NCBI GenBank assembly: GCA_965223905.1
Contig: CBDCXV010000001.1
Location: forward strand, 992,001 to 1,056,000
Direction: 5' to 3'
Source of the DNA: Candidatus Latescibacterota bacterium
GTDB taxonomy: Bacteria > Latescibacterota > UBA2968 > UBA8231
Length of the DNA stretch: 64,000 bases
A program made the position numbers and the translations under genes. The notes beneath the pieces are model-generated. The model saw nothing but the letters and a program-made list of their open reading frames with translations, was not told the DNA's origin and ran no database searches. Position 1 is the stretch's first letter; the number at the start of each line of letters is the position of its first letter. Positions 21,866-32,240 of this stretch are shown piece after piece.

Positions 21866-24325
21866 CTAGCGTCTGCGCCGGTCTCCGCGCTCGAAGCGGA
21901 TCTGCGGGATGTCCTTGAGCTGGACCTTGAAATAGAAGGCGCGAGTCCGGGCAAAACCAGTCGGTTTGATGTTGAAAGTCACCGTCCAGTCGTGGAACTC
22001 CCGCTGCAGCGACAGCAGCTCGGCGGTCACCCGCTTCCCGTCCAGCAGCGGCAACGGCGATTCGAGGTTGTAGCTGACCGAATAATGTACGTTCCAGGTC
22101 CGCCGCAACGACCATGTGACCGAGCCGCGCAGCCAGGAGTGCGTGCGGCCGAAGCTCTTGCTGCGCGAGTAGTAGTGCCCGATCTGCAGCCGCTGCGTAC
22201 TGCGCCGGTCGAGGTCGCGGTGCAGTCCGCTTTCGTAGCCGTAACCGCTGCGCCTCGACCCGGTGCCCCCGGGGTCGTATTCGCCGCCGTACATGCCCTG
22301 GTAATCCTGGCTGCCGGGCCGGCGCCCCGCTGTGGATCGCCGCGGGTCTTCCTCTATCCGCCCGCGTCGCCTCTGCAGGCGAAACCCCGAATTGATCTCG
22401 AACTGGCGCAGCGCCGGCGCCCCGCGGAAGTCGCCGTCGCCGTCATAGAACTCGGAACGCAGGCTCAGGCGCGCGTTGAACGGCCCGGCATCGACGGTTG
22501 CGCTCGATACGAGGTCGGACAGGGGACGGCTCTTTTTGTCGAAATCGTACGACGTCGAGAGGTTGACCTGGGCGACCCGGAACTTCGATTCCTCTTCCTC
22601 GCGCAGCAGCTTGAGCCAGAAACTGTTGCTCAGCCGCATGGTCAGTCGGCGCCTCTGCCGCCACAGGGAGGGGCGCCCGCCCACTCCCAGGGTTCCCCCG
22701 GTGTCGGTACGGGTCACCTGGTAGTTGACGCCCAGATCCGGCTTGACGACGTGCCGCAGGGCCGTCACCCGCCAGACCTGCGGGGTGAACATGCCGTAGA
22801 CGGTTTGCGACAGGGTGGCCGCGGCGCTGACCCGGGTGCTGCCGAGATTCTCGTAACGGTACTCGGAGCTGCGCAGGTCGGCGTCGCGCCAGCGCTGCGA
22901 CAGGCCCGAATTCAGGCTGAGCCAGTCCGCAGGACGCTGCTGCGTGGAAAGGCGGAGGGCGACATCGCTGCTGGTGCGGCTCGTCGCGTCGGCGGGGGTG
23001 CCCCGGCGCGTGTTGCGCAGGCGGGCGCTGCCGTCGTAGTAGATGCGGTGATACCAGGCGGACTGCCGTTCCCCCTTTTTTCGACCCCCGAACAGGGACC
23101 GGCGATTGCGGCGAAGGCTGACCTCGGGCAGCGCCGTGTTGAAGCGCCCGGTGTCGAGGTATTCGGTGCGGCTGGCGTTGACGCTGAGACTGTACCCGGA
23201 TTCGCGCCAGCGTTTGTTGAACCCCAGGTTCGAGCGCAGCGTGCGGGTCAGGCGCTCGCCGAGACGCGTGCTGTTGTCGCGCACGACGTCGCTGCTGCTC
23301 TGGAAGGTCCCCGCACCGCGCAGGCTGGCGGACTCACCGAGCTGCTGGTTGTGGCGCAGATTCGTCCACCACTCCCAGCGCGTGCCCGAGTCGGACTGCC
23401 TGTTCTCGATGCGGGTGTCGGCCTTGCCGTCGAAGTAGTAGCGCCGGGCGTACGCCAGGGCGACGCGGCCCAGCCAGCCGGAGCGCTGGCGCAGGTCCGC
23501 GGACAGGCGCAGGTCCCAGTAGTCGCTGGGGGCGAAGTAGTAGCCCAGGTTGCGCACTTCCCACTCCGACTGGCTGCTCCCGAAGCGCACCGGCCGTTGT
23601 CCGAAGCTCGGAGTCAGGAGCCCTGACTGGCGGTTCTCCCTCAGGGAGAATACGTAGAACGGCACCACCGCGACGCGGTTGTCGCCTATGCGCAAATAGA
23701 CCGGGCGGGCGATCGCCATGTCGCCGACCAGGACCTTGATCCGGGGGCTGTAGAAATCGAAGTGGGGCTCGGCAAGATCGCAGGTCGTGTACGATCCGGA
23801 GTGCACGTGAAACTCCTCTTCGCCGCGGGTGTCGATGCGGCTGCCGCTGTAGAAGCCCTCCTTGAAGCGGATGCGGCCATCGAAAATCGTTCCCTCCCCC
23901 GTCCTCATGTCGTACAGAATCCGGCCGCCGCGGATCGCGTCGTCCCCCTGGGTGAGGGTCGGCATACCGGTCGAATCGCCGCGGCTGCCCGCAGGAGAGC
24001 GGGCGACGATGAGCTCGCGGCTTCTGTGATAGACGATCTCGCCGGCCTGCAGGCGGGCGCCGCGGTGGTGGACGACGGCGTTGCCGCGCAGCAGCAGCGA
24101 GTCGCCCCGAAGGGAATGGACGTAGGTGTCGGCGGTGTACCTGAAGCTGTCCTCCTCTTCTGGAATGGTGCCGATCTCCTGCGGAGGCTGGAGCACCCTT
24201 CCCGGGGAGCTCGAGTCCGCGGGGCTGGGTTCGCCTCCCGGCGCAGGATCGCTGCCGCCGGAAGCTGCCGCGGCGACCGGCAGGAGCAGCAGCCCGGCCA
24301 GATGCCGTCTCCAGGCAGCCCTCAT
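21866..24325 (-). CDS. lptD: Putative LPS-assembly outer-membrane protein LptD
   Basis: Signal peptide; OstA-like N-terminus with [28 protein letters not shown]; amphipathic beta-barrel C-terminus. Confidence 0.82.
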   Translation of the reverse strand: MRAAWRRHLAGLLLLPVAAAASGGSDPAPGGEPSPADSSSPGRVLQPPQEIGTIPEEEDSFRYTADTYVHSLRGDSLLLRGNAVVHHRGARLQAGEIVYHRSRELIVARSPAGSRGDSTGMPTLTQGDDAIRGGRILYDMRTGEGTIFDGRIRFKEGFYSGSRIDTRGEEEFHVHSGSYTTCDLAEPHFDFYSPRIKVLVGDMAIARPVYLRIGDNRVAVVPFYVFSLRENRQSGLLTPSFGQRPVRFGSSQSEWEVRNLGYYFAPSDYWDLRLSADLRQRSGWLGRVALAYARRYYFDGKADTRIENRQSDSGTRWEWWTNLRHNQQLGESASLRGAGTFQSSSDVVRDNSTRLGERLTRTLRSNLGFNKRWRESGYSLSVNASRTEYLDTGRFNTALPEVSLRRNRRSLFGGRKKGERQSAWYHRIYYDGSARLRNTRRGTPADATSRTSSDVALRLSTQQRPADWLSLNSGLSQRWRDADLRSSEYRYENLGSTRVSAAATLSQTVYGMFTPQVWRVTALRHVVKPDLGVNYQVTRTDTGGTLGVGGRPSLWRQRRRLTMRLSNSFWLKLLREEEESKFRVAQVNLSTSYDFDKKSRPLSDLVSSATVDAGPFNARLSLRSEFYDGDGDFRGAPALRQFEINSGFRLQRRRGRIEEDPRRSTAGRRPGSQDYQGMYGGEYDPGGTGSRRSGYGYESGLHRDLDRRSTQRLQIGHYYSRSKSFGRTHSWLRGSVTWSLRRTWNVHYSVSYNLESPLPLLDGKRVTAELLSLQREFHDWTVTFNIKPTGFARTRAFYFKVQLKDIPQIRFERGDRRRR

Positions 24326-25092
24326 CGCCGCTTGCCGTCGGAGCGCTGGCGGTACACCTCGAACAGGGCGATTCCCGCGGCGACCGAAGCGTTGAGAGAT
24401 CCGGTGACTCCCCGGCCCATCGGGATGCTGACCGCGAAATCGCAGGCCTCGGCAACGGTGCGCCGGATGCCGTGGTCCTCCCCTCCCACGACAATCGCGG
24501 TCGGCCCGAGGTAATCGACTTCCGTGAAGTTTCCCGGGGCCTGGGGCGACAGTCCGGTGATCCACAGCCCTGCGGCCTTCGCCTGCAGGATGGCGTCCTT
24601 GAGGTTGCGTACGCGGCATACCGGGATATGGTCGACGGCCCCCGCCGAGGCCTTGGCGACCGTTCCGGTCAAACCCGCGGACTGGCGCTGCGGAATGACG
24701 ACCCCGTCGGCGCCCGTGACACAGGCGCTGCGGATGATGGCGCCCAGATTGTGCGGGTCCTGGACGCGGTCGAGAAAGACCAGGAATGCGGTCCGGTCCA
24801 GCCCGGCGAGGAGCTCCTCGTAGTCGGCGAAGGGGCGGGCCGCGACCAGCGCTACGACTCCCTGGTGGCGGCGACCGGCGAGGCGGTCGAGCTCGGCGCG
24901 GGGGCGGAACTGGACGGGGATGCCGGCGCTCCGGGCGAGGGCGACGATCTCCTCGACGGTCCCGCCGGAAGACTGGCGGCTGACGACGACGCGCCGAAGC
25001 GGGCGCTCGCTGTCGAGGGCGGCGCGCACGGCGTTGCGTCCGAACAGGAGGTCGTCCTCTACCGGTCGGTCACCGGGTCCGGCGGAGTTCAC
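24322..25092 (-). CDS. rlmB: 23S rRNA Gm2251 2'-O-methyltransferase
   Basis: FGRNAVRAAL, HQGVVA, QDPHNLGAIIRSA, GGEDHGI, SLNASVA (SPOUT fold). Confidence 0.93.
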   Translation of the reverse strand: MNSAGPGDRPVEDDLLFGRNAVRAALDSERPLRRVVVSRQSSGGTVEEIVALARSAGIPVQFRPRAELDRLAGRRHQGVVALVAARPFADYEELLAGLDRTAFLVFLDRVQDPHNLGAIIRSACVTGADGVVIPQRQSAGLTGTVAKASAGAVDHIPVCRVRNLKDAILQAKAAGLWITGLSPQAPGNFTEVDYLGPTAIVVGGEDHGIRRTVAEACDFAVSIPMGRGVTGSLNASVAAGIALFEVYRQRSDGKRR

Positions 25093-25235
25093 GGGCAGGC
25101 TGTCGACGGGGTTGCGTGAAGGGAATGGAGGGCGGGGTGCCGGCCGCTCCCCGGGGGGAGGATGCCCCGGCTGGAGGGCGCCGGCGCCGGGCCCGCGGGA
25201 ATCAGGAGGATCGCCACCTTTTCGCGATGTCCGGC

Positions 25236-28040
25236 TCAGCCGCGGCCGTTGGGTCTTCCCGCAGCTGCGGCATCTGTCTCATTTTCGCGCTCCGCCTCCT
25301 CGCCTTCGGGATCCCTGTCGTCGCACTCGGACCGCCAGCGGTGCAGCAGTTGCAGGGCCTGCATCGGGGTGGTGTCGTCCAAGGGCAGCTCGCCTAGCTC
25401 ATGCAGTAATCGCAACGCGGTCCGCAGCTCCCCTGGCTGGTCGAACAGGTCCATCTGACCGCGGCGTTCACCGTGCTCCACGCTGCAATCGGGGTCGCCT
25501 CCGTTGTCCGGTGGCGAGGTGGAGGGCGGCTCCTCCGCGGCAGCGCCGCCTTCCAACCGGATCTGTTCAGCGTCGATCTGTTCGTTTTCCAGGCGCGCCA
25601 GGATCTCCCGGGCGCGCTCGACTACCGATCCCGGCATCCCCGCCATCTCAGCGACGTGAATGCCGTAGCTGCGGTCCGCGGGACCGGGCACCAGCCTGTG
25701 CAGGAAAACCACCCGGCCCTCTTCCTCGCGGACCGCGACGTTGTAGTTGACCACGCGCTCGAGCTTCCGTTCCAGCTCGGTGAGCTCGTGGTAATGTGTC
25801 GCGAACAACATGCGGGGCCTGATCCCGTCTCTTTCGTGGAGGTGCTCGACGATCGCCCAGGCGAGGCTCAGGCCGTCGAAGGTGCTCGTGCCGCGACCCA
25901 GCTCGTCCATCAGGATCAGGCTGCGGTCGGCGACGTTGTTGAGAATCGTCGCCGCCTCGATCATCTCCACCATGAAAGTGCTCTCACCGCGCGCCAGGTT
26001 GTCCGAGGCCCCGACCCGGGTGAAAATGCGGTCTACCACTCCGATATGCGCCTGCCGCGCCGGCACGAAGCTGCCCATCTGCCCCAGGATGACGATAATC
26101 CCGAGTTGGCGAATCGCCGTGCTCTTGCCGGCCATGTTCGGACCTGTGATCAGGAGAATCTGGTCATTGCTGCCGAGGCGCAGGTCGTTGGGGACGAAGC
26201 GCCCCTCCCGGAGCTGGCGCTCGACGACGGGGTGCCGCCCCCCGGAAATCTCGACGACGCGGCCGTCGTCGATGACGGGCCGCACGTACCCCCCTTCCTC
26301 GGCTGTTTCAGCCAGGGCGGCCAGAACGTCGATGGCGCTGACCGCCCTGGCACAGTCCTGAACCTCGGGAGCCCACGTGGAAACGCGCTCGCGGAGCTCG
26401 GCGAACAGCCCGCTTTCGCGTTCGACGATGCGCTCCGTGGCGTTGAGAATCTGCGCTTCCCGCTCCTTCAGACCGGGAATCACGTAGCGCTCGGCATTGG
26501 CCAGGGTCTGCTTGCGCTCGTAGTCCTCGGGAACGCGGTCGAGGTTCGCCTTGCTGACCTCGATGTAATAGCCGAACACCTGGTTGAAACCGACCTTCAG
26601 CGAGGAGATCCCGGTGCGCTCGCGCTCGCCTGCCTGAAGACGGGCGATCCAGCTTTTTCCCCCGGACTGGATCTCCCGGAGCTCGTCGAGCTCCTCGTCG
26701 TAGCCGTCCCTGAACAGGCCGCCATCCGCCATCGACGCGGGTGGATCGTCGACGAGGGCGGTGCGGACGAGGTCGACCAGTCCGGTCGTGTCCGGTAGAA
26801 GGGAAAGGGCTTCTTCCAGCGCGGTGGGCTTGTCGCCGTCCGGCCGCGGCAGCTCCCGCACCAGCCTGGCGAGCTCCGGCACCCGGGCGAGGGAAGCGGC
26901 CAGGCCGGCGAGGTCCCGGGCATTTGCCCGGCCGCAGCAGATGCGCGCGATCAGGCGCTCGAGATCTCCGATGTCGCCTAGTTGCAGGCGAACGCCGGAA
27001 CGGATCGTCGCGGACTCGAGCAATGTCGCCACCGCGTCGAGCCGGCTCTCGATCGCGGCGACGTCCAGCAGCGGTGCGGCGAGCCATTGACGCAGAAGGC
27101 GGGCACCCATGGCGGTGCGCGTGCAGTCGAGGACCTCGATGAGGGAGCCGGCGCGGCTGTTCTCTTGGTTGGTGGCGAACAGCTCGAGATGCCGCTGCGC
27201 CGCGGCGTCGAGAAACAAGTGTTCGGTGCGGCGGCGCCGGCGAATGCGGTTGATGTGGGCGACGGCCCCGCGCTGGTTTTCCCGCAAATACTCCAGCACC
27301 CCCCCGGCCGCCCTGACCGCCAGATCGATGTCGTCGCAGTCGAAGCTGCGCAGCGAGCGTACTCCGAGCTGCTCGGTCAGGGATTCGCAGGCGTGCCGGT
27401 GCTCGAACTGCCAGTCCTCGAGGCGGCTTATCGGCACTCCGGGTGCGCTGCTTTCGACGACGCGCATCCAATCCTCTCCCAGCGACTGGGCCAGGACGAG
27501 CTCCGCCGGCCCTACCCGCTGCAGCTCGTCTCCCACTTCGGCGGCACGCAGCTCGTCGAGCGAAAAGTCGCCGGTCGACAGATCTACCTCGGCCAAACCG
27601 ACCATTGTGTCTTCGCCAGCGGCGTCGCCGGCGGGAACCAGGGCTATCGTGTAGTTGTTGTTGTGCTCGTCGAGCATCGAGTCCAGAAGAGCGGTGCCGG
27701 GCGACACCACCTGTACGACGTCCCGTTTGACGATGCCCCTGGCCTCCCTGGGATCTTCGACCTGCTCGCAGATGGCCACCTTTTTCCCCATCTGCACGAG
27801 TTTGGCGACGTAGCGGTCGGCCGCATGGTGAGGGACCCCCGCAAGCGGAACTTCGCCGCTTCCGTGACCGTGGTTTCGCGTCGTCAGCGTAAGGCCCAGC
27901 AGCGCCGCCGCCTCCCTGGCGTCGTCGTAGAACATCTCGTAGAAATCCCCCATGCGGAAAAACAGGATGGCATCCGCGTGCTTGCGTTTGAAACGCATGA
28001 ACTGCTGCATCGCGGGGGAGAGTTTGGCGGGTGCTGCCAT
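25236..28040 (-). CDS. mutS: DNA mismatch repair protein MutS
   Basis: FFRMGDFYEMF, TGPNMAGKST, GESTFMVEM, DELGRGTST, FATHYHEL, SYGIHVA; C-terminal QMDLF clamp-binding motif. Confidence 0.97.
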   Translation of the reverse strand: MAAPAKLSPAMQQFMRFKRKHADAILFFRMGDFYEMFYDDAREAAALLGLTLTTRNHGHGSGEVPLAGVPHHAADRYVAKLVQMGKKVAICEQVEDPREARGIVKRDVVQVVSPGTALLDSMLDEHNNNYTIALVPAGDAAGEDTMVGLAEVDLSTGDFSLDELRAAEVGDELQRVGPAELVLAQSLGEDWMRVVESSAPGVPISRLEDWQFEHRHACESLTEQLGVRSLRSFDCDDIDLAVRAAGGVLEYLRENQRGAVAHINRIRRRRRTEHLFLDAAAQRHLELFATNQENSRAGSLIEVLDCTRTAMGARLLRQWLAAPLLDVAAIESRLDAVATLLESATIRSGVRLQLGDIGDLERLIARICCGRANARDLAGLAASLARVPELARLVRELPRPDGDKPTALEEALSLLPDTTGLVDLVRTALVDDPPASMADGGLFRDGYDEELDELREIQSGGKSWIARLQAGERERTGISSLKVGFNQVFGYYIEVSKANLDRVPEDYERKQTLANAERYVIPGLKEREAQILNATERIVERESGLFAELRERVSTWAPEVQDCARAVSAIDVLAALAETAEEGGYVRPVIDDGRVVEISGGRHPVVERQLREGRFVPNDLRLGSNDQILLITGPNMAGKSTAIRQLGIIVILGQMGSFVPARQAHIGVVDRIFTRVGASDNLARGESTFMVEMIEAATILNNVADRSLILMDELGRGTSTFDGLSLAWAIVEHLHERDGIRPRMLFATHYHELTELERKLERVVNYNVAVREEEGRVVFLHRLVPGPADRSYGIHVAEMAGMPGSVVERAREILARLENEQIDAEQIRLEGGAAAEEPPSTSPPDNGGDPDCSVEHGERRGQMDLFDQPGELRTALRLLHELGELPLDDTTPMQALQLLHRWRSECDDRDPEGEEAERENETDAAAAGRPNGRG

Positions 28041-28148
28041 CGGGTCGCGGGGGAAGAAAGTGGGCGTGAGGGAACAGCCTCGTTATGAAAATAAGGGGGG
28101 TCGCGGTCCATACAACGGCCGCGAAAGACCGGCTTGGGTGCTCAAACA

Positions 28149-28179
28149 GGAAAGGCCGGGGGATTTCCCCGGCCTTTCC
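28149..28179 (-). terminator. Intrinsic terminator downstream of rpsA
   Basis: GGAAAGGCCGGGG-gattt-CCCCGGCCTTTCC 13-bp perfect stem about 50 nt after the rpsA stop; minus-strand tail TTTCCTGTTT. Confidence 0.72.
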
Positions 28180-28228
28180 CGTTGAAGAGATCTCCGGCGT
28201 TGACGGGTGCAGTCGCCGCCGGCTGTCG

Positions 28229-30058
28229 TCAAGACTTCGGAGTGGCCTCGGCTTCGCCGGCAGCAGGTTCGCCGCCCTCCCCCCAGCTTTCCATCTCCTC
28301 GTCCTGATCGTCCGCCACGTCATCGATCGCCACCTCCTTCACCGGATGGCGGCTCAGGTAGGCGTCGACTTCGGACTGGTCCTTGTCCTTGAGGTAGGCG
28401 AGCACGCTGAGCACCATCTTCTTCTGCTCCTCGTCGAACTCGATAACCTTCAGCGGCAGCTCCTGCTCGACCTCGAAGCACTGCCTGGGTGTCTGCAGGT
28501 TCTCGATGCCGAGCTGCGAAAGGGGCACGAAACCGTCGACGTCGTGATCGAGGCCGACGACCACGCCGCGCTCGAGAACGCGCGAGATCTTGCCGGTCGT
28601 CGAAGTTCCCATGGCGTACAGCTCCGCCAGCTTCGGCCATGAATTCTCCAGGGCGAGCTTGTGGCTGAGCGAGATCCGCCTCCTCTTCTTGTCGACCTCG
28701 GTGACGACTACGGGAATCACGTCTCCTTTCTTGAACATCTCGCTGGCCTGGCGAATCCGCCGGGTCCAGGACATGTCGGAGATGTGGACGAGCCCGTCGA
28801 TGCCCTCTTCGATCTCGACGAAGGCGCCGAAGTTGGTGAGGCTCTTGACCATGCCCTCGAGGCGCCTGCCCGGAGGGTAGTTGGTGTCGAGAACCTCCCA
28901 CGGGTCCGGGTCGGTCTGCTTCATCCCCAGGGAGATCTTCTGCGCTTCCTTGTCGAGCTTGAGGACTACGACTTCGACGAGGTCGCCGATGGAAACCAGC
29001 TTCGAGGGATGGCGCACGTGCTGGGTCCATGACATCTCGGAGATGTGGACGAGGCCTTCGACACCCTCCTCGAGCTCGACGAAGGCGCCGTAGTCGGTGA
29101 TGCTGACCACCTTGCCCTGGGTCTGCGTGCCTTCGGAGAAACGCTCGTCGATCATCTCCCAGGGGTGCGCCGTCAACTGCTTTAGCCCGAGGGAGATGCG
29201 CTCGCGCTCGCGGTCGTAGTTGAGGACCTTGACCTTGATGCGGTCGCCGATCGAGACCATCTCGGAGGGATGGCTGACGCGGCCCCACGACATGTCGGTG
29301 ATGTGCAGCAGGCCGTCGATGCCCCCCAGGTCGATGAAGGCGCCGAAATCGGTGATGTTCTTTACTACCCCTTCGCGCACCTGTCCCTCTTCGAGCTCCT
29401 TGATGATTTCCCGGCGCAGCCGCTCGCGCTCTTCCTCGAGCACGGCGCGGCGCGAGACGACGATGTTGCGGCGCGTCTTGTTGAGCTTGATGATTTTGAA
29501 ATCGAACTGCTGGCCGAGGAACTGGTCGAAGTTCTTGACCTGCCGTATGTCGATCTGCGAACCGGGCAGGAAGGCCTCGACCCCGAAAAGGTCGACGACG
29601 ATGCCCCCCTTGATCCGTCGCATCAGCTTTCCCTTTACCGTCGTGCCTGCGTCGTGGGAGTCCTTGATCTCGTTCCAGACGCGCATAAAGTCCGCCTTCT
29701 GCTTCGAGAGCACGACGCGGCCCTCGAGGTCTTCGACGTTCTCGAGGAAGACCTCCACCTCGTTGCCTATGGCGATCGCCTCCGGATCGGAGAACTCCCT
29801 GATCGAAATGGCCCCTTCCGACTTGAAGCCGATGTCGACCAGCACCTCCTGCGGGTGGATGCCGACGACGCGGCCCTGTACGATCTCCCCTTCGTTCTTG
29901 CCGGAAAAGCTCTCGTCGTACATTGCCGTGAACTCCTGCATCTGCTCCTCGGAGTACTCCGGCGTATCGAGGTCCTCGACTCTAATGTTCCCGTACTGCG
30001 GTTTTTCGGGGCTGCCGGGAACCTCTTCCACGGTAGCCGCCGGTGTTTCGTCCAACAT
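28229..30058 (-). CDS. rpsA: 30S ribosomal protein S1
   Basis: Six S1 repeats (DIGFKSEG, AFLPGSQID, TDFGAFIDLGGIDGLLHITDMSW, GLVHISEMSW). Confidence 0.97.
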   Translation of the reverse strand: MLDETPAATVEEVPGSPEKPQYGNIRVEDLDTPEYSEEQMQEFTAMYDESFSGKNEGEIVQGRVVGIHPQEVLVDIGFKSEGAISIREFSDPEAIAIGNEVEVFLENVEDLEGRVVLSKQKADFMRVWNEIKDSHDAGTTVKGKLMRRIKGGIVVDLFGVEAFLPGSQIDIRQVKNFDQFLGQQFDFKIIKLNKTRRNIVVSRRAVLEEERERLRREIIKELEEGQVREGVVKNITDFGAFIDLGGIDGLLHITDMSWGRVSHPSEMVSIGDRIKVKVLNYDRERERISLGLKQLTAHPWEMIDERFSEGTQTQGKVVSITDYGAFVELEEGVEGLVHISEMSWTQHVRHPSKLVSIGDLVEVVVLKLDKEAQKISLGMKQTDPDPWEVLDTNYPPGRRLEGMVKSLTNFGAFVEIEEGIDGLVHISDMSWTRRIRQASEMFKKGDVIPVVVTEVDKKRRRISLSHKLALENSWPKLAELYAMGTSTTGKISRVLERGVVVGLDHDVDGFVPLSQLGIENLQTPRQCFEVEQELPLKVIEFDEEQKKMVLSVLAYLKDKDQSEVDAYLSRHPVKEVAIDDVADDQDEEMESWGEGGEPAAGEAEATPKS

Positions 30059-30098
30059 GGTGGTCTATTCCTTTCGGTTTTTTTGTTCCTGAATGCAG

Positions 30099-30770
30099 CT
30101 ACACGCCGCGCTCGTGCGCCAAGGCAACGATGCGGCCGACCTGCTGTTCGATGGACATGCCCGTCGTATCCAGTACGACGGTATCGCCGCCGTGTGCGGC
30201 GCCGTATTCCCGCTGCGAATCCTCGCGGTCGCGGGTGCGAATGTCTGCAGTCACCTGCCCCAGAGTAGTGCTCACCCCCTTTTTTCTCAATTCCCGGAAG
30301 CGCCGCCGGGCCCGCTCCTCGAGATCGGCGGTCATGACGATCTTGAGATCGGCATCGGGAAAAACCACCGTGCCGGCATCGCGTCCATCGGCGACCACGC
30401 CGCCCGAGCGGCCCAGTCGTCGCTGGTGTTCGATGAGCGCCCGGCGCACCCGGGGCAAGTCGGCGAAGGCTCCCACGGTCCGTGTCACCTCCGGCCGGCG
30501 TATCTCGTCGCTGACGTCTTCCCCGTTGAGCATCATGCGTACTCCCACGCCCGAATCTTTGAAGGCGATGTCGAGTTCAGCTAGAAGCCGCTCGACGGCC
30601 TCGTCGCCGGGACGAATTCCCGCGCGCATCGCCGCCAGGGTCACGGCGCGGTAGAAAGCGCCGGTGTCGATGTGGCGGTAACCCAAAGCCTGCGCCACGG
30701 CGCGGGCCGTCGTCGTCTTGCCGGCACCGATGACCCCATCGACGGCGATGGTCAATCCCCTGGCGGCCAC
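30099..30770 (-). CDS. cmk: Cytidylate kinase
   Basis: IAVDGVIGAGKTT, IDTGAFYRAVT, DGRDAGTVVFPDA, RDREDSQR; directly upstream of rpsA; start uncertain (GTG 30770 or TTG 30755). Confidence 0.92.
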   Translation of the reverse strand: MAARGLTIAVDGVIGAGKTTTARAVAQALGYRHIDTGAFYRAVTLAAMRAGIRPGDEAVERLLAELDIAFKDSGVGVRMMLNGEDVSDEIRRPEVTRTVGAFADLPRVRRALIEHQRRLGRSGGVVADGRDAGTVVFPDADLKIVMTADLEERARRRFRELRKKGVSTTLGQVTADIRTRDREDSQREYGAAHGGDTVVLDTTGMSIEQQVGRIVALAHERGV

Positions 30771-31513
30771 GGCTGAAGTTCTTCGCTGACCGGCAACCCC
30801 ACAAGGGATTTCAAACATCTTATTTCACCTTCCCGCAGCCGGCGGCATTCCCCGGGCTGCAGGTTGCCCGCGGTAAATCCGGCAAAGGCCTCGCGGTGCA
30901 AGCTCCTGACGCGGTGGCCGACGGCGGCGCACATCCGCTTGATCTGGTGTTTGCGCCCCTCGTGGACGCAAAGCTCGAGCTCGCAGAAAGGGCGCTCCGC
31001 TGAGGGCCGCGACACTATCCGCACCCGGGCCGGCGCCGTCATTCCGTCCTCGAGGAGCACCCCGGCCCGAAGCCGTTGCAGCGCCGCCGCGGACGGAACC
31101 CCCACCACGAGGGCGCAGTAGAGCTTTTCGACCTCGTAACGCGGATGCATCAGGCGATGGGCGAGCTCGCCGTCGTCGGTCAGCAGCAGCACCCCGGTCG
31201 TATCGCGGTCGAGGCGGCCGACGGCGACGGTAGCAGCGCGCACCTCTTCGAGACCCCCGAAAACAGTAGGCCGACCACCCCTGTCCCGGTGCGTCACCAG
31301 CGTGCCGGATTCCTTGTTGAGCAGCAGGTACTGCGAATCCTCCGGCAGCCGGACAAGGCGGCCATCGACCTCCACCCGGTCCTCTCCGCCGACCAGGCAG
31401 CCAGGAGCTGCCACGATCTCGCCGTTGACTCTCACCGCGCCGCGGCGGATGAGAATGTCGCTCTTGCGCCGCGAAGCGACGCCGGCGCGGGCCATGAACC
31501 GATTCAGCCGCAT
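30752..31513 (-). CDS. rluB: rRNA pseudouridine synthase (RluB/RsuA family, S4 domain)
   Basis: MRLNRFMARAGVASRR, VGRLDRDTTGVLLLTDDG, EGRKHQIKRM; scpB-rluB-cmk synteny. Confidence 0.88.
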   Translation of the reverse strand: MRLNRFMARAGVASRRKSDILIRRGAVRVNGEIVAAPGCLVGGEDRVEVDGRLVRLPEDSQYLLLNKESGTLVTHRDRGGRPTVFGGLEEVRAATVAVGRLDRDTTGVLLLTDDGELAHRLMHPRYEVEKLYCALVVGVPSAAALQRLRAGVLLEDGMTAPARVRIVSRPSAERPFCELELCVHEGRKHQIKRMCAAVGHRVRSLHREAFAGFTAGNLQPGECRRLREGEIRCLKSLVGLPVSEELQPWPPGD

Positions 31514-31535
31514 TTGCAGGTACGCTGGGGCCCGG

Positions 31536-32240
31536 TTACCCCGCTTCTTCTCCCTCTTCGGGTTCTCCGGGCGCTTGTCCGTTCTCTTCCGCTACCGGTT
31601 CGGTGTCGCCGCCGGAGCCCGGCGCACCGCCCTCGTGCCCGGGACCGGGCGGCGCGGTTTCATCTCCGCTACCGGCGAGGGCGTGCCGGCGCGCCCCTTC
31701 GGCGAGCAGCTCTTCGAGCTCTTTCGGCTTCGGCAGATCGGGGAGCCCTTTGAGACCGAAGTGCACGAGGAATTCCCTGGTGGTGCCGAACAGCATCGGC
31801 CGCCCGATGCCTTCGGAACGGCCGACGATGCGCACCATGTCGACCTCGAGCAGGGTGCGCAGCACCCCGGCGGAGTCGACGCCGCGGACGCTGTCGATTT
31901 CCGCCCGAGTGACCGGCTGCTTGAAGGCGACGAGCGCCAGGGTCTCGAGGCCTGCCGGCGTGAGCCGCACCGGGCCCCTGTCCTGAAAGCGGCGCACCCA
32001 GGGGGCGAACTCGGCTGCGGTAACGAGTAGAAACCCACCGGCGACTTCGGCGACGCGAAGGGCGTGGTTCCCCTCTTCGTACTGCTTGTTCAGGCCGTCG
32101 ACAGCCTCGCGCACGTCCCTGCCGTCGAGCCCTTTGAGGGCGCCCAACAGCCTGCCCGGGGACACCGGTTCGGACGAGGTGAGAAGGATTGCTTCGATAA
32201 TTGCCCGCGCCTGGCCGGGGGCGAACGGTTGACGGCTCAC
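31536..32240 (-). CDS. scpB: SMC-Scp complex subunit ScpB
   Basis: IIEAILL, LETLALVAFKQPVTRAEIDSVRGV, GRPMLFGTTREFL..FGL..L.DLP; GTG overlaps the scpA stop. Confidence 0.94.
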   Translation of the reverse strand: MSRQPFAPGQARAIIEAILLTSSEPVSPGRLLGALKGLDGRDVREAVDGLNKQYEEGNHALRVAEVAGGFLLVTAAEFAPWVRRFQDRGPVRLTPAGLETLALVAFKQPVTRAEIDSVRGVDSAGVLRTLLEVDMVRIVGRSEGIGRPMLFGTTREFLVHFGLKGLPDLPKPKELEELLAEGARRHALAGSGDETAPPGPGHEGGAPGSGGDTEPVAEENGQAPGEPEEGEEAG

